Shown here piece by piece: positions 9,455 to 19,546 of a stretch of DNA of 64,000 nt (position 1 is its first letter; each line of letters begins with the position of its first letter). A program made the position numbers and the translations under genes. The notes beneath the pieces are model-generated. The model was not told the origin of the DNA. It made no database searches and worked only from the letters and a program-made list of their open reading frames with translations. This DNA is from Candidatus Hydrogenedentota bacterium. GTDB taxonomy: Bacteria > Hydrogenedentota > Hydrogenedentia > Hydrogenedentales > SLHB01. Where the stretch lies: positions 608,001-672,000 of the forward strand of contig CAXXTH010000017.1 of NCBI GenBank assembly GCA_963668025.2, given 5' to 3'.

Positions 9455-10329
9455 ATGATTGTATGGAAGCCTTCGTTTCCCCGCTATAAGCGCCCCTTGG
9501 GATACTGGCGTTTGCTGCACGCACGGCAGCGCTATTTCGACACCTTGAAATTGGGCTTCGGCGGCACGCTGGGCCTGCGCCTCGAACGGCGGCCCGGCTA
9601 TCAATCGCGCATGTGGCGCTGGCGCAACCGGTATGCGGGCCGGCGCTGTTTCGTTATCGGCAATGGCCCCCAGCCTGCGCGAAATGGATGTATGGCCGTT
9701 GCGGCGCGAAGTCACCATCGGGTCGAACGGCCTCTACACGCTCTTTGGCGGAATGGGGTTTTAGCACCCATTACCTCCTCTTCGAAGACATCGAGCAGAC
9801 GGAACTGCGCGGGCCGGAGCTCCATCGCATCCGCAATGTCGTCAAACTGGCCGCTTTGTATAACGCCTACGCCATCCGCCCCGACGCGAACACCTATTTC
9901 TTCAATGCCCGGTATGGCAATAAGCCGTATTGGCGTGAGATGGCCCCCCGGTTCAGCACGGATTTCGCCGATATCGTGTATCTTGGCTCGACGGTCACGT
10001 ATATCGCCTTGCAGCTTGCTTTCTATCTCGGCTGCGACCCGGTATATCTCATCGGCGTGGACCATGATTATGGTGAACTGTCCAAGCGGTATCCTCCGGG
10101 CAAAATCACCATCACCGAAGAGAATTACCCACTGGTGCAGCAGTGCCATTTCAGTGGGCGGTATTATACAATCGGGGATCAAATCGGCGTGCCCGATGTA
10201 GCGCGCCAAGAACAGGCTTATGCCATGGCCCGGAGCGTGTATGAATCCCATGGACGCCAGGTCCTGAACGCCTCATTATGCAGCAAGCTCGATGCGTTCG
10301 AGCGAGCGGACTACGCTTCTTTGTTTTGA
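9455..10329 (+). pseudogene. DUF115/MptE-like (Maf-related) protein with two apparent +1 frameshifts
   Basis: RNRYAGRRCFVIGNGP, then (frame+1) SLREMDVWPLRREVTIGSNGLY, then (frame+1) AEWGF...STVTYIALQLAFYLGCDPVYLIGVDH. Extra bases lie near 9667-9671 (C5 run) and ~9747. May be intact in vivo. Confidence 0.75.
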
Positions 10330-10358
10330 TCCTGGGCGCGCAAGGGGGGAAAGCGAAC

Positions 10359-11620
10359 ATGCGCATCCTATTCATTACGCATGCCATGGACCGCACCGGC
10401 GCGCCTATGAGCTTGCTGGCGTTGTTGCGCTATTTCCGCCGCCATACGGATTGGGACATGCGGATTCTGGCGCGTCGCGGCGGACTCATCGAGCCGCTCT
10501 TCCACGATATTGCGCCCGTGGACGCTTATTTGATTCCACCCGCCAAGGCCGGCCTGGCCGGTGCGGCGTGTGCGCTCCAGCATATCGGAATTGCGCGCCG
10601 GACGGCCACGCCATGCATTCAAACGGCTGCTCGGCTTCGAATCCGCTGTCCCTGGACTCAATGAACAGCGGAAACGCCTCCAGCGTGAACATACCGGCGC
10701 GTTGCGCGCCATCTATCGCGGATGGCGGCCCGATGTGGTCTTTTCCAATACGGCCATGAATGGCGATTGCATCGAGGCCCTCGAATTGGATGCGCCGCTT
10801 TTAGTTCATGTGCGAGAATTGGCGGGAACCCTGCGCCAATTGGAGGGGGTGCGCCTCGACTCATTTCTTCAGCGTCCCGCCCGGTATCTCGCCGTATCAC
10901 ATACCGTGCGCGACTACCTTGCCACCCACTATGGGCTTCCTCCTTCCCGAATAGGCCTTGCGCCAGCAGCCATTGAATGCGACGCCGTTATCGCAGGAGC
11001 GCGCACATTGGACCGCGCGTCCGTGCTACGTGAATTGGGCCTTGGCCGGGACGCCCCGCATCGTGGGAGGCGTGGGGCATGTAGGGGCGCGCAAAGGCGT
11101 GGATATCTTCGTGGCGGCAGCCCGGCGCATGCTGGACCGGCTCGATGGCCACATGAACACGCATTTTGTCTGGATTGGCGATGGCCCCGAGCTCGATGCC
11201 ATTCGCATGAAAGTGCGACAGGCAGGCTTGGCGGGCTCGGTCCATTTTATCGGTCCGCGCACCAATCCTTATCCATATATGAACGCTTTCGATGTGCTCT
11301 TAATGACATCGCGAGATGACCCGTTTCCGCGCGTTAATCTCGAATGCGGTATTCTGGGCGTGCCAGTGGCGGCGTTCGAAGGTTCGGGAGGCTCCAAGGA
11401 ATTCATCGGGAACGATTGTGGCGTGTTAGCGCCGGGATTCGACCGGGAAAAGCTGGCGGAAGCAGCGGCAGCCTTGTTGCTTGATGCCGGACGCCGCATG
11501 TCCATGGGGGGCCAAGCCGCGCGGAACGTGCGTGCGCGCTACGATATATCCTCGGTGGCTCCCGGCGTGCTGGAGGAGGTGATGGCCTTAGCTTCAGGCG
11601 CGCGAGGGAAGCTTCGATAA
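10359..11620 (+). pseudogene. GT4 glycosyltransferase with two apparent +1 frameshifts
   Basis: MRILFITHAMDRTGAP (frame 1), PDVVFSNT..LVHVRE (frame 2), RKGVDIF..SRDDPFPRVNLE (frame 3); junctions ~10545-10560 and ~11055. Confidence 0.8.
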
Positions 11621-11652
11621 CGGTAACAGCCCAGCAGCCTGCTCAAACCTCC

Positions 11653-12438
11653 TTGCCGCGGGAGCCGCTCGTATCGGTCTTAATCACCAGTTACAATTAT
11701 GCGCGTTATTTGGAGGAAGCCATTGGCAGCGTGTACGCGCAAACCTATCGAAACATCGAATTGATCATCGTGGACGACGGTTCGGAAGATGACTCCAGGG
11801 AAGCCATCGGCCGGGCCGTGCGGCATGCCCCTTTCTGTACGAAGAGCATTTTCAAGACCCATGGCGGCCAGGCAAGCGCATTGAACGCGGGCTTCGATAT
11901 GGCGCGCGGCGAATTAGTCTGCTTGCTGGACAGCGATGACGCCTGGCGTCCGGAAAAAGTGGAACGCATGGTGCGTTTCGCACTCGAGCGGCCCGATGGC
12001 GGCGTATACCAGCATCAGCTTGACGCGGGAAACGGCCAGCCTAAGCGGAATAGCCTCATGAATGGGGATATCCTGGCGCAATGGCGCGAGCTGGGCGAGG
12101 TGAATGTCGCGGTTCATTCCGATATGGTGGCGGTTTTCGTTCCATCGACGGGGCTCATGTGGCGCAAGGCCATACTCGAACGGATATTCCCGATTCCCGA
12201 GGCGCTGGTCGCCTGTCCTGACGCCTATCTTACGCGCTCTGCTTGCTGTTATGGCCCGCTGTATTCGCTGCATGAAGTGCTGGGCTCCTGGCGCGACCAC
12301 GGTAAGAATGCCGGTAAAAACGGCTTTAACTTCCGGCGTTTCTGGGTGCCTGTCGTCATGCCAGCGATTAATGAATTCTTCGCCCGCAATGGCGTTCCCG
12401 TGCGGTATGTCCACCGGCCAGAGGAGAAAATCGGATGA
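11653..12438 (+). CDS. Glycosyltransferase family 2
   Basis: PLVSVLITSYNY, IIVDDGSED, LLDSDD. Confidence 0.92.
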   Translation: MPREPLVSVLITSYNYARYLEEAIGSVYAQTYRNIELIIVDDGSEDDSREAIGRAVRHAPFCTKSIFKTHGGQASALNAGFDMARGELVCLLDSDDAWRPEKVERMVRFALERPDGGVYQHQLDAGNGQPKRNSLMNGDILAQWRELGEVNVAVHSDMVAVFVPSTGLMWRKAILERIFPIPEALVACPDAYLTRSACCYGPLYSLHEVLGSWRDHGKNAGKNGFNFRRFWVPVVMPAINEFFARNGVPVRYVHRPEEKIG

Positions 12439-13010
12439 ATGAATCGAGGCCGCCGTCAGAATTGCTGGACCATACGGTGCGTTCCGCGGCTCGGGGCATG
12501 TTAAGCCCGCCCAAAGTGCGTTATCTGAATCAGCTATACGAAGTACTCGAACGCCATGCCCCAGCGCACATCGAAGCCATTCTCGAATGGGGCACGGGCC
12601 ACAGCACTTCCTACCTTTATGATCTGGCGGAGATGCGCGGCGCACGCCTTTTCGCCACCATCGACCATGAAGCGGATTACCAAGCAGAGATGCTCCGCGC
12701 CTTCCCGCCCGCGTCTTTTTTCGAGGCCCATGTCGTAGACCTCATCGGAGCCCGGTTACGACAAGGACGGGACGATTCCTATAATTACGCCACATACCCA
12801 TTCCAGTATGGCCATGCATTCAGCCTGATCTATATCGACGGGCGGCGGCGCAATGAATGCTTGCTGGTGGCGTCGGAGCTGCTTGATGCGGACGGCGTGG
12901 CCATCCTGCACGACGCCACCCGCCGGCGGTATGAAGTAGGTATGCGCCTTTTTGAACAGGTAGCCTTTTATGAACGGGCGGGCGGTATCGCGGTGTTGCG
13001 GCGCAAATAA
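12435..13010 (+). CDS. Class I SAM-dependent methyltransferase (putative glycan O-methyltransferase)
   Basis: ILEWGTGHST, LIYIDGRRR, ILHD motifs; located inside a glycan locus. Confidence 0.8.
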   Translation: MNESRPPSELLDHTVRSAARGMLSPPKVRYLNQLYEVLERHAPAHIEAILEWGTGHSTSYLYDLAEMRGARLFATIDHEADYQAEMLRAFPPASFFEAHVVDLIGARLRQGRDDSYNYATYPFQYGHAFSLIYIDGRRRNECLLVASELLDADGVAILHDATRRRYEVGMRLFEQVAFYERAGGIAVLRRK

Positions 13011-13187
13011 GTTTTTTGAGACAGGATTTACAAGATAGGACAAGATTTTTTGATAGCGATTTCGTTGCCCCAAGAAACGTGTTAGGGCGCTTCATCGATT
13101 AGCTATAATGATTACGAGCATGTCCAATCTTGTTAATCTTGTTAATCCTGTCTAAAAAGTTCTTGCTTTATTCCGCTAAAGTGTTAC
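13011..13187 (-). mobile_element. Truncated, diverged copy of the IS66-like MITE
   Basis: Reverse complement begins GTAACACTTTAGCGGAATAAAGCAAGA and is colinear with 21824-22015, including the internal inverted 9-mer arms; the second TIR is missing. Confidence 0.75.
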
Positions 13188-13344
13188 CAAAATTTGAAGC
13201 TATTTGGATCCAGGGATGACACTGATATAGGATCAATAACATCGTGATCGGAGTCACAAAGCATTCCACTTAATATTTCAGCCGGGCATATATTTTGGTC
13301 TTGCGGCCAGCCCGGCGAAAAGATGCGCGGGCCTGGAGTCACCT

Positions 13345-16300
13345 ATGGTTTCGGTACATATCATTGCAGATAAGAAGAGTGCGCTTTTCGCTGCTTGGGC
13401 GGAAAAACTTGCCCGCGCCCTCGACTATGTTACATGGGGGCATGAGCCGGATTTTACCGCGCCCATCCAATATTATATACCTTATGCCCTATATCAGAGC
13501 CGGGTATCGGAAAGGGAACTGGCGTTATTCATGCAGCCCGGTTCATCGATGAAACCCATCGAGCGCTTCACCCAAGCCGCCGCCGATATGGATTGCTGCG
13601 TATGCCTGTCCGAAGCCTGCGCGGCGGAATTGTATGGCCTTGGCGCGGCGCAGGTGGAAATTCTCCCACCGCCGATGGATGAAGAAGCGCTCGATCCTTG
13701 TTTGACGGTGGGCGTGCCCGGCAGCGCGTTCGACGATGAGGGCGAAGGCGCGGCGTTGGTGGCGGAAGTATGGGGCATGCCGGGTGTCATCTGGCGTTTC
13801 CAAGGCGAAGGCTGGCCAGCGCCGCCGGATCCTACGGCGCACTGTTCGCACCGCGCGTTTTATCAGAGCGTGGATTGTATTCTCATCCCATCGGGCAGCG
13901 AACAGGCCGCCTGCTATGCCCGGGAAGCGCTGGCATGCGGCAAAATAGTCATCGCACCCAAATTACGCTGGCATGCATATGCCAGCGAACTCCATATATA
14001 CGAGCAAGATAGCGTCATCGAATTAAAACAGGTGCTATCACAATTGGCGGCGCGTCAAGCCAAACCGCCCTCTTCTTCCATAGACGCTTGGATTGCCGCG
14101 CATGACGCCCTATTCCAGCGGATCGGGAGCGCGCTACCCGAGGATGCCCGTGAGAAACGCCTTTCTGGCCCTGTGGGATTGTGGATGGAAAAGCAGCGGG
14201 AAGGCGCAAGCCGGGGCGGCCCGTCTTTACGGGTTCCGCGAACAGTGGCGGAACTGCGGGCGCTGGGAGTGCGGGCGGGAAGCATCGAGCGCCGCCAATT
14301 GAAATTCCATCGTTTCAGTCTTGTTCATGGATTCAACATATGGCCGCCGGAAGCCGCTGGGGCCTTCGTGGAAGAGGCGCGCGCCTCGGGCGCGTCCATT
14401 GTCTTTTCTCCAATCCTATTGGATTTATCGGAGAGCCCGCTATTCGAGGAAGAAATCCCAAACCTCTTTAAACACGCCGCCACATCCGTAGAGATCGACG
14501 CCGGTTTCGCGGCGTTGCGCCAGCGGCGGGCGAAGGAAATCGAGGTGGGATATGCGTTGCGTGAAGGGCGGTCCGGGTTGTTTGGCCGTATCCGGCGCGT
14601 ACTTGACGCCGTGGATCATGTGATTTGCCTGAGCGAGGAAGAACGGTCGCTGCTCCACGCCATGGGGGTCGAGCCTCGAGCCGTGTCGCTCGTGCATAAC
14701 GCCACGGACGTGGAATTTTATGCTTCGGGTGATCCGGAGCTGTTCGCCCAAGCCTATGCCCTGCGCGAGTATGTCTTATGTGTGGGGCGCATCGAGCCGC
14801 GCAAGAACCAGCTCACGCTGCTGCATGCGCTACGGGGCGTGGACATCCCCATCGTACTGCTTGGGCATTCCGAAACACCCGATTACCTCGAACTGGTGCG
14901 TCGGCATGCCGGGCCAAACGTCCACATCATCGACCGGCTGTCCGCCGGAAGTGAGATGCTCGCATCGGCGTATGCGGGCGCGCGGGTGTTTGTGTTGCCA
15001 AGCTGGTGCGAAGGGGCGTCGTTATCGACCCTCGAAGCAGCGGCGGCGGGTTGCGCGCTGGTGTTGTCCGACCGTTCCGCCGAACAGGAGTATTTCGGCG
15101 AATTCGCCCGTTATTGCAGCCCCGCCGACCCAGACGCCCTGCGCGCGGCCGTACTTGATGCATGGGAGCATCCGCTTACACCTGAAGCACGCGCCCGGCA
15201 GCAAGCGTTTATTCATGAGCAATACAATTGGGAGCGCCACACACGAGCGATCACTCGAGTGTATGAGGCCACCCTCGCCGCCGAAAAACGCCCTCACCGA
15301 ACGCTTGTATGTGGTTCCACGCTGCCGCATATCTATGTAGACCTGACCTCCAGCGCCCGCCGCCTCGGCCCGCCGACCGGCATTAGCCGCCTCGAAACCA
15401 TGTGCGCGTTGCATTTACAGCGTGTCATGCCTGAGCGCATCACCTTCGTGGCGTGGCATTGGGGCCTCGAAGCCTTCTCGCCGATAACCCCCGGGCAACT
15501 GCTGGATGGATCTTATAAAATGCTGGTCCATGAAGGCACGGGATGGGATGGCGATGCTTCGCAGTCCGAGGAGAACCACACGCCAAAACGCATCGAGCGC
15601 GCGGGCGTGCCGCCTTTCGGACTGGTGGATTTCGAGCCAGGCTCCTTGTTTCTCGTCATGGGCGGCATGTGGATGAACCGGAAAGACTATCTCGATGGAT
15701 TGCTGGCTACGAAGCGGGTGCGCCGCCTGCGGCTCATCGGTTGCGTATGCGACGTGATCCGCGCCCAGTTTCCGTATCTATATCCTGAAGACATATCGAG
15801 CCATTTCACCCACATGGCCAGCCGCTTCTTGCGCATGCTGGATAAAGCCGTGGCCATCTCGGCGTGCGGCGCGCGTGACCTCGAAGCCTTCTGCGAACGG
15901 CGCCTAATACCCTTAGCGGACCTTTCCGTCATCCGGCTGGGCGACGAAATAGGGGAAATCACCGAGCCTGGCGGCGATGTCTTGGCGGAATTGCAAGCCC
16001 TGCTGAACGGCGAGCCGTTTGTGCTCTGCGTGAGCGCCCTGGATGTACGGAAAAACCACACGCTGCTCCATCGGCTCTGGCTTCGGCTTATCGAGCAATT
16101 CGGCGAACGTACGCCCCATCTCGTCTTGGTGGGCGCGCCAAGCCATCATGTCGATGACTTGCTGGCTATCATGCAACACGATGAACACCTGATGCGCCGC
16201 GTCCATATTTCGCATGAAGTGCGGGATGGCGCACTTGATTGGCTCTACCGCAACTGCCTATTCACGGTTTATCCATCGCTGTACGAAGGCTGGGGCATTC

Positions 16301-17469
16301 CCGTCGCCGAAAGCCTGGCGTATGGGAAGGTATGCCTGGCGTCGAACGCGGCGTCCATCCCCGAGATCGCACCCAGCCTCACGGACCTGCTCGATCCCTA
16401 TGATTTTGCCGCTTGGTACGCCGCGATTCTGCATTACGCCTTCAACGCGGCGGGGCGGCGGCATCGCGAGTCGGCCATCGCGCGGGATTATGTACGGACA
16501 AGCTGGGCGGATACCGCCCGACGCGTGGCGGCGCTGCTGGCGGAACCCATCGCCATGCGCACCGTGTGCCCTGGCTATGAATTCGGAACGGTCCTGGGAT
16601 TTGGCTCGGAACGCGAGCCGGGCATGCAGCCCGCCGAACCGTATAAAGCGGGCGGCTGGTGGCGGGCCGAGCGAAAAGCCGCCTGGACCGTTGGCCATAG
16701 CGCCTATGTGACGATGGAACTGCCGAAAGTGGAGGGGCCGCTGCTGCTGTTTTTATATGCGGCCCCGTACCGCAACGCCGCAAGCGCGCCCATCTCCGCG
16801 CAGGCCGTTATCAACGGCGAACCCGTGGCGCACTGGACCATCGCGGAACCGCGTAGGATTGCCGCCTTGATCCCAGCGGAAGCCGCCCGGCGCACGGGGC
16901 TGATGCGCTCGTGCATCATTGAATTGCGCATCGAGAATCCCTGCCGGCCAAGCAGCGAAAGCGATAGCGAAGATACGCGCCCCCTTGGACTATTTGTCGA
17001 ATCCCTTGAATTGCGGGCCGTGGCCCCATGCGCGCTGGATGAAGCCATCTCATTCGGCGTGGATGGCGGCGCGGGAAAATACCAATTTAGCGGATGGGGC
17101 AAACCCCAGGATAGCGCCACATGGACCAAAGAAGCCGAAGCGTCGCTGGCGCTGCGCCTCGAATCGCCGCCCGCTGGCGTGATGGAGCTTTGTATAGAAG
17201 CCAAGGCCTATGTTAATGAACGGAAACCGTCGCAAACCGTCGAAATTATCGCCAATGGCCATTTGTTGGAACGCGGCGTATGGGAAACGCCGGGCATCGA
17301 GCGGCGGCGGCTCCATGTGCCGCACGAAATCCTTGATAACCAAGACGCCCTGCTGCTCACCTTCCGATTCGAGCAGTTGCAATCGCCACGTGAATTAGGC
17401 TTGGGCGCGGACGACCGCAAACTGGGCCTGCTGGTGAAAAGCCTCATGTTGCGCCCCGAGGCTCCATAA
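13345..17469 (+). CDS. 1374-aa multi-domain glycosyltransferase (degenerate GT-B + two GT4 modules + two tandem C-terminal beta-rich domains)
   Basis: CVGRIEPRKNQ..PSWCEGASLSTLEA; CVSALDVRKNH..PSLYEGWGIPVAES; repeated GW...W(T) and D.R.LGL.V domains at the C-terminus. Confidence 0.9.
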   Translation: MVSVHIIADKKSALFAAWAEKLARALDYVTWGHEPDFTAPIQYYIPYALYQSRVSERELALFMQPGSSMKPIERFTQAAADMDCCVCLSEACAAELYGLGAAQVEILPPPMDEEALDPCLTVGVPGSAFDDEGEGAALVAEVWGMPGVIWRFQGEGWPAPPDPTAHCSHRAFYQSVDCILIPSGSEQAACYAREALACGKIVIAPKLRWHAYASELHIYEQDSVIELKQVLSQLAARQAKPPSSSIDAWIAAHDALFQRIGSALPEDAREKRLSGPVGLWMEKQREGASRGGPSLRVPRTVAELRALGVRAGSIERRQLKFHRFSLVHGFNIWPPEAAGAFVEEARASGASIVFSPILLDLSESPLFEEEIPNLFKHAATSVEIDAGFAALRQRRAKEIEVGYALREGRSGLFGRIRRVLDAVDHVICLSEEERSLLHAMGVEPRAVSLVHNATDVEFYASGDPELFAQAYALREYVLCVGRIEPRKNQLTLLHALRGVDIPIVLLGHSETPDYLELVRRHAGPNVHIIDRLSAGSEMLASAYAGARVFVLPSWCEGASLSTLEAAAAGCALVLSDRSAEQEYFGEFARYCSPADPDALRAAVLDAWEHPLTPEARARQQAFIHEQYNWERHTRAITRVYEATLAAEKRPHRTLVCGSTLPHIYVDLTSSARRLGPPTGISRLETMCALHLQRVMPERITFVAWHWGLEAFSPITPGQLLDGSYKMLVHEGTGWDGDASQSEENHTPKRIERAGVPPFGLVDFEPGSLFLVMGGMWMNRKDYLDGLLATKRVRRLRLIGCVCDVIRAQFPYLYPEDISSHFTHMASRFLRMLDKAVAISACGARDLEAFCERRLIPLADLSVIRLGDEIGEITEPGGDVLAELQALLNGEPFVLCVSALDVRKNHTLLHRLWLRLIEQFGERTPHLVLVGAPSHHVDDLLAIMQHDEHLMRRVHISHEVRDGALDWLYRNCLFTVYPSLYEGWGIPVAESLAYGKVCLASNAASIPEIAPSLTDLLDPYDFAAWYAAILHYAFNAAGRRHRESAIARDYVRTSWADTARRVAALLAEPIAMRTVCPGYEFGTVLGFGSEREPGMQPAEPYKAGGWWRAERKAAWTVGHSAYVTMELPKVEGPLLLFLYAAPYRNAASAPISAQAVINGEPVAHWTIAEPRRIAALIPAEAARRTGLMRSCIIELRIENPCRPSSESDSEDTRPLGLFVESLELRAVAPCALDEAISFGVDGGAGKYQFSGWGKPQDSATWTKEAEASLALRLESPPAGVMELCIEAKAYVNERKPSQTVEIIANGHLLERGVWETPGIERRRLHVPHEILDNQDALLLTFRFEQLQSPRELGLGADDRKLGLLVKSLMLRPEAP

Positions 17470-17498
17470 GCAGCCTCCGTAGGCGATGCTATCTTAAT

Positions 17499-17545
17499 GC
17501 AGCATGGGCGTCTCGCCCCTGTGCATGGCCGGACGGCCATGCTAC
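17499..17545. repeat. GTAG-type REP doublet (second copy)
   Basis: GCAGCATGGGCGTCTCGCCCCTG-TG-CATGGCCGGACGGCCATGCTAC. Confidence 0.72.
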
Positions 17546-17693
17546 GGAAATCATTGCCTTCATTACACGGTATTTTCTTGCACGGACAAGAACAACATGC
17601 CTTCTATCCGGCGCTGGTTAAAAAGGTTTTCCCTTAAGGATATAATGCGGTATTCTAGTGTTTCGGCTTCATGGAAAGGAAAAAATACATTAC

Positions 17694-18539
17694 ATGCGGA
17701 CGCTTGTTTTCGGCGTGAAGGGCCAATTGGGCCGTAATCTCTTGCGCGTCATGGGCGAAGCCGGTGAAACGGCGGGATACGATGTGCCCGAATTGGATAT
17801 TTGCAACACCGAAGCGGTGCGGTGCGCTATCGAAGCCTTTCAACCGGATGTAGTCATCAACGCAGCCGCATATACGGATGTCGAGAAGGCGGAATCGGAC
17901 CGGGAGGCGGCATTTCGCGTGAACCGGGACGGAGCGGCCGTGGCGGCGAAGGCCGCCCACGATGCGGGCGCGCGGATTATTTACTACAGCACCGATTTTG
18001 TGTTCGCTGGCAATAAACACACGCCCTACGAAATAGATGAGCCTATTGCACCCAAAGGCGTGTATGCGGAATCCAAGGCGGCGGGTGAAGAAGCCGTACG
18101 TGCGGCCCATCCCGGCGCGGCGATCATCCGTACGGCCTGGCTCTATGGCCCCGGCGGAAACCATTTTATCGAGAAAATTCTGCGTGCGGCAGCCCGGCCC
18201 AGCCTGCGCGTGGTCGAAGATGAAATAGGCTCGCCGACATTCACTCAGGATTTAGGTGAAGCGACACGCGCCCTGTGTAATGTGAATACCGCCGGGATTT
18301 TCCACGCGGTCAACGAGGGCGCATGCTCGCGGTTTGAATTCGCACAGGCCATATTGCGGCTTGCAGGGATAAATATCCCCGTCGAGCCGTGCAAGGCCAC
18401 CGAGTTTCCAAGCGCCGCGCCGCGCCCATCCTACTCGGTATTGTCCAATGCGGCGCTCGAAGCGGCCTGCGGGTATCACATGCCGCCATGGGAAGATGCG
18501 CTGGCGCGCTATATGCTCGGAAGGGAGAAACAATCATGA
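17694..18539 (+). CDS. rfbD: dTDP-4-dehydrorhamnose reductase
   Basis: GVKGQLG, NAAAYTDVEKAE, STDFVF, YAESK, GSPT, RPSYSVL. Confidence 0.95.
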   Translation: MRTLVFGVKGQLGRNLLRVMGEAGETAGYDVPELDICNTEAVRCAIEAFQPDVVINAAAYTDVEKAESDREAAFRVNRDGAAVAAKAAHDAGARIIYYSTDFVFAGNKHTPYEIDEPIAPKGVYAESKAAGEEAVRAAHPGAAIIRTAWLYGPGGNHFIEKILRAAARPSLRVVEDEIGSPTFTQDLGEATRALCNVNTAGIFHAVNEGACSRFEFAQAILRLAGINIPVEPCKATEFPSAAPRPSYSVLSNAALEAACGYHMPPWEDALARYMLGREKQS

Positions 18540-19534
18540 CACGCATGATGGTGACAGGGGGCGCGGGATTCATCGGGTCGAATTTCGTGCGCTACCAGCT
18601 TAAAACGTATCCGGATGTCCATATCATCAATTTCGACAAGCTCACCTACGCGGGCAATATGGATAATCTGAAAGGGCTTGACGAGGCGCGCCACACGTTC
18701 ATTAAAGGCGACCTCGCCGACGCAGACGCCGTGGATGCGGCGGCGGCGGGCTGTGACTGGCTCGTTAATTTCGCCGCTGATACGCATGTAGACCGCAGCA
18801 TCCTGGGCGCGGCGGACTTCATCGCAACGAATGTCACCGGCGTCCACCACCTCGCGGAAGCGGCGCGCAAGCACGGCGTGAAACGCCTGTTGCTGGTCTC
18901 GACGGATGAGGTGTACGGCAGCATCTCCGCAGGTACGTTCCGGGAAACGGACCGGCTCAATCCGCGTAATCCCTATTCGGCGAGCAAAGCAGGCGGCGAA
19001 TTGCTGGGCATGTCGTACTTCCACACGTTTGGCCTGCCGGTCATCGTGACGCGCGGCTCAAACACCTACGGGCCATACCAGTATCCCGAAAAAGTCCTGC
19101 CGCTTTTCGTGACCAACGCTATCGACAACGAACCGCTGCCCCTGTACGGCGATGGCCGGAACATGCGGGATTGGCTGTATGTGCGCGATCATGCACGCGG
19201 CATTGATTGCGCCCTGCGCCACGGCGAACCGGGGCAAATCTACAACATCGCGGGCGGCAACGAGAGGGAGAACATCGTTCTCACGAAACGCATCTTGCAC
19301 GAAACCGGGCGCGGGGAAGAGTTGATCAAGCCCGTGCAGGATCGCCCCGGGCACGACCGGCGCTACGCCATCGATTCCGACAAACTAAAATCCCTCGGAT
19401 GGAAGCCCGAAATGGACTGGGATGAAGGCATCCGCCTCACCGTCCAGTGGTATAAAGACAACGAGTGGTGGTGGCGCAAGATCAAGAATGGCGAGTTCCG
19501 CGCTTATTACGAACGGCAATACGCGGGGCGATAA
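18536..19534 (+). CDS. rfbB: dTDP-glucose 4,6-dehydratase
   Basis: VTGGAGFIGSNF, DKLTYAGN, HVDRSI, STDEVYG, YSASKA, DRPGHDRRY. Confidence 0.97.
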   Translation: MTRMMVTGGAGFIGSNFVRYQLKTYPDVHIINFDKLTYAGNMDNLKGLDEARHTFIKGDLADADAVDAAAAGCDWLVNFAADTHVDRSILGAADFIATNVTGVHHLAEAARKHGVKRLLLVSTDEVYGSISAGTFRETDRLNPRNPYSASKAGGELLGMSYFHTFGLPVIVTRGSNTYGPYQYPEKVLPLFVTNAIDNEPLPLYGDGRNMRDWLYVRDHARGIDCALRHGEPGQIYNIAGGNERENIVLTKRILHETGRGEELIKPVQDRPGHDRRYAIDSDKLKSLGWKPEMDWDEGIRLTVQWYKDNEWWWRKIKNGEFRAYYERQYAGR

Positions 19535-19546
19535 CGGCCTCTCCCT

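Noticed and set aside
9455-11620. Programmed frameshifting or phase variation
   Set aside because: Two shifts per gene would be needed, the runs are only 4-5 nt, and no slippery heptamer is evident.
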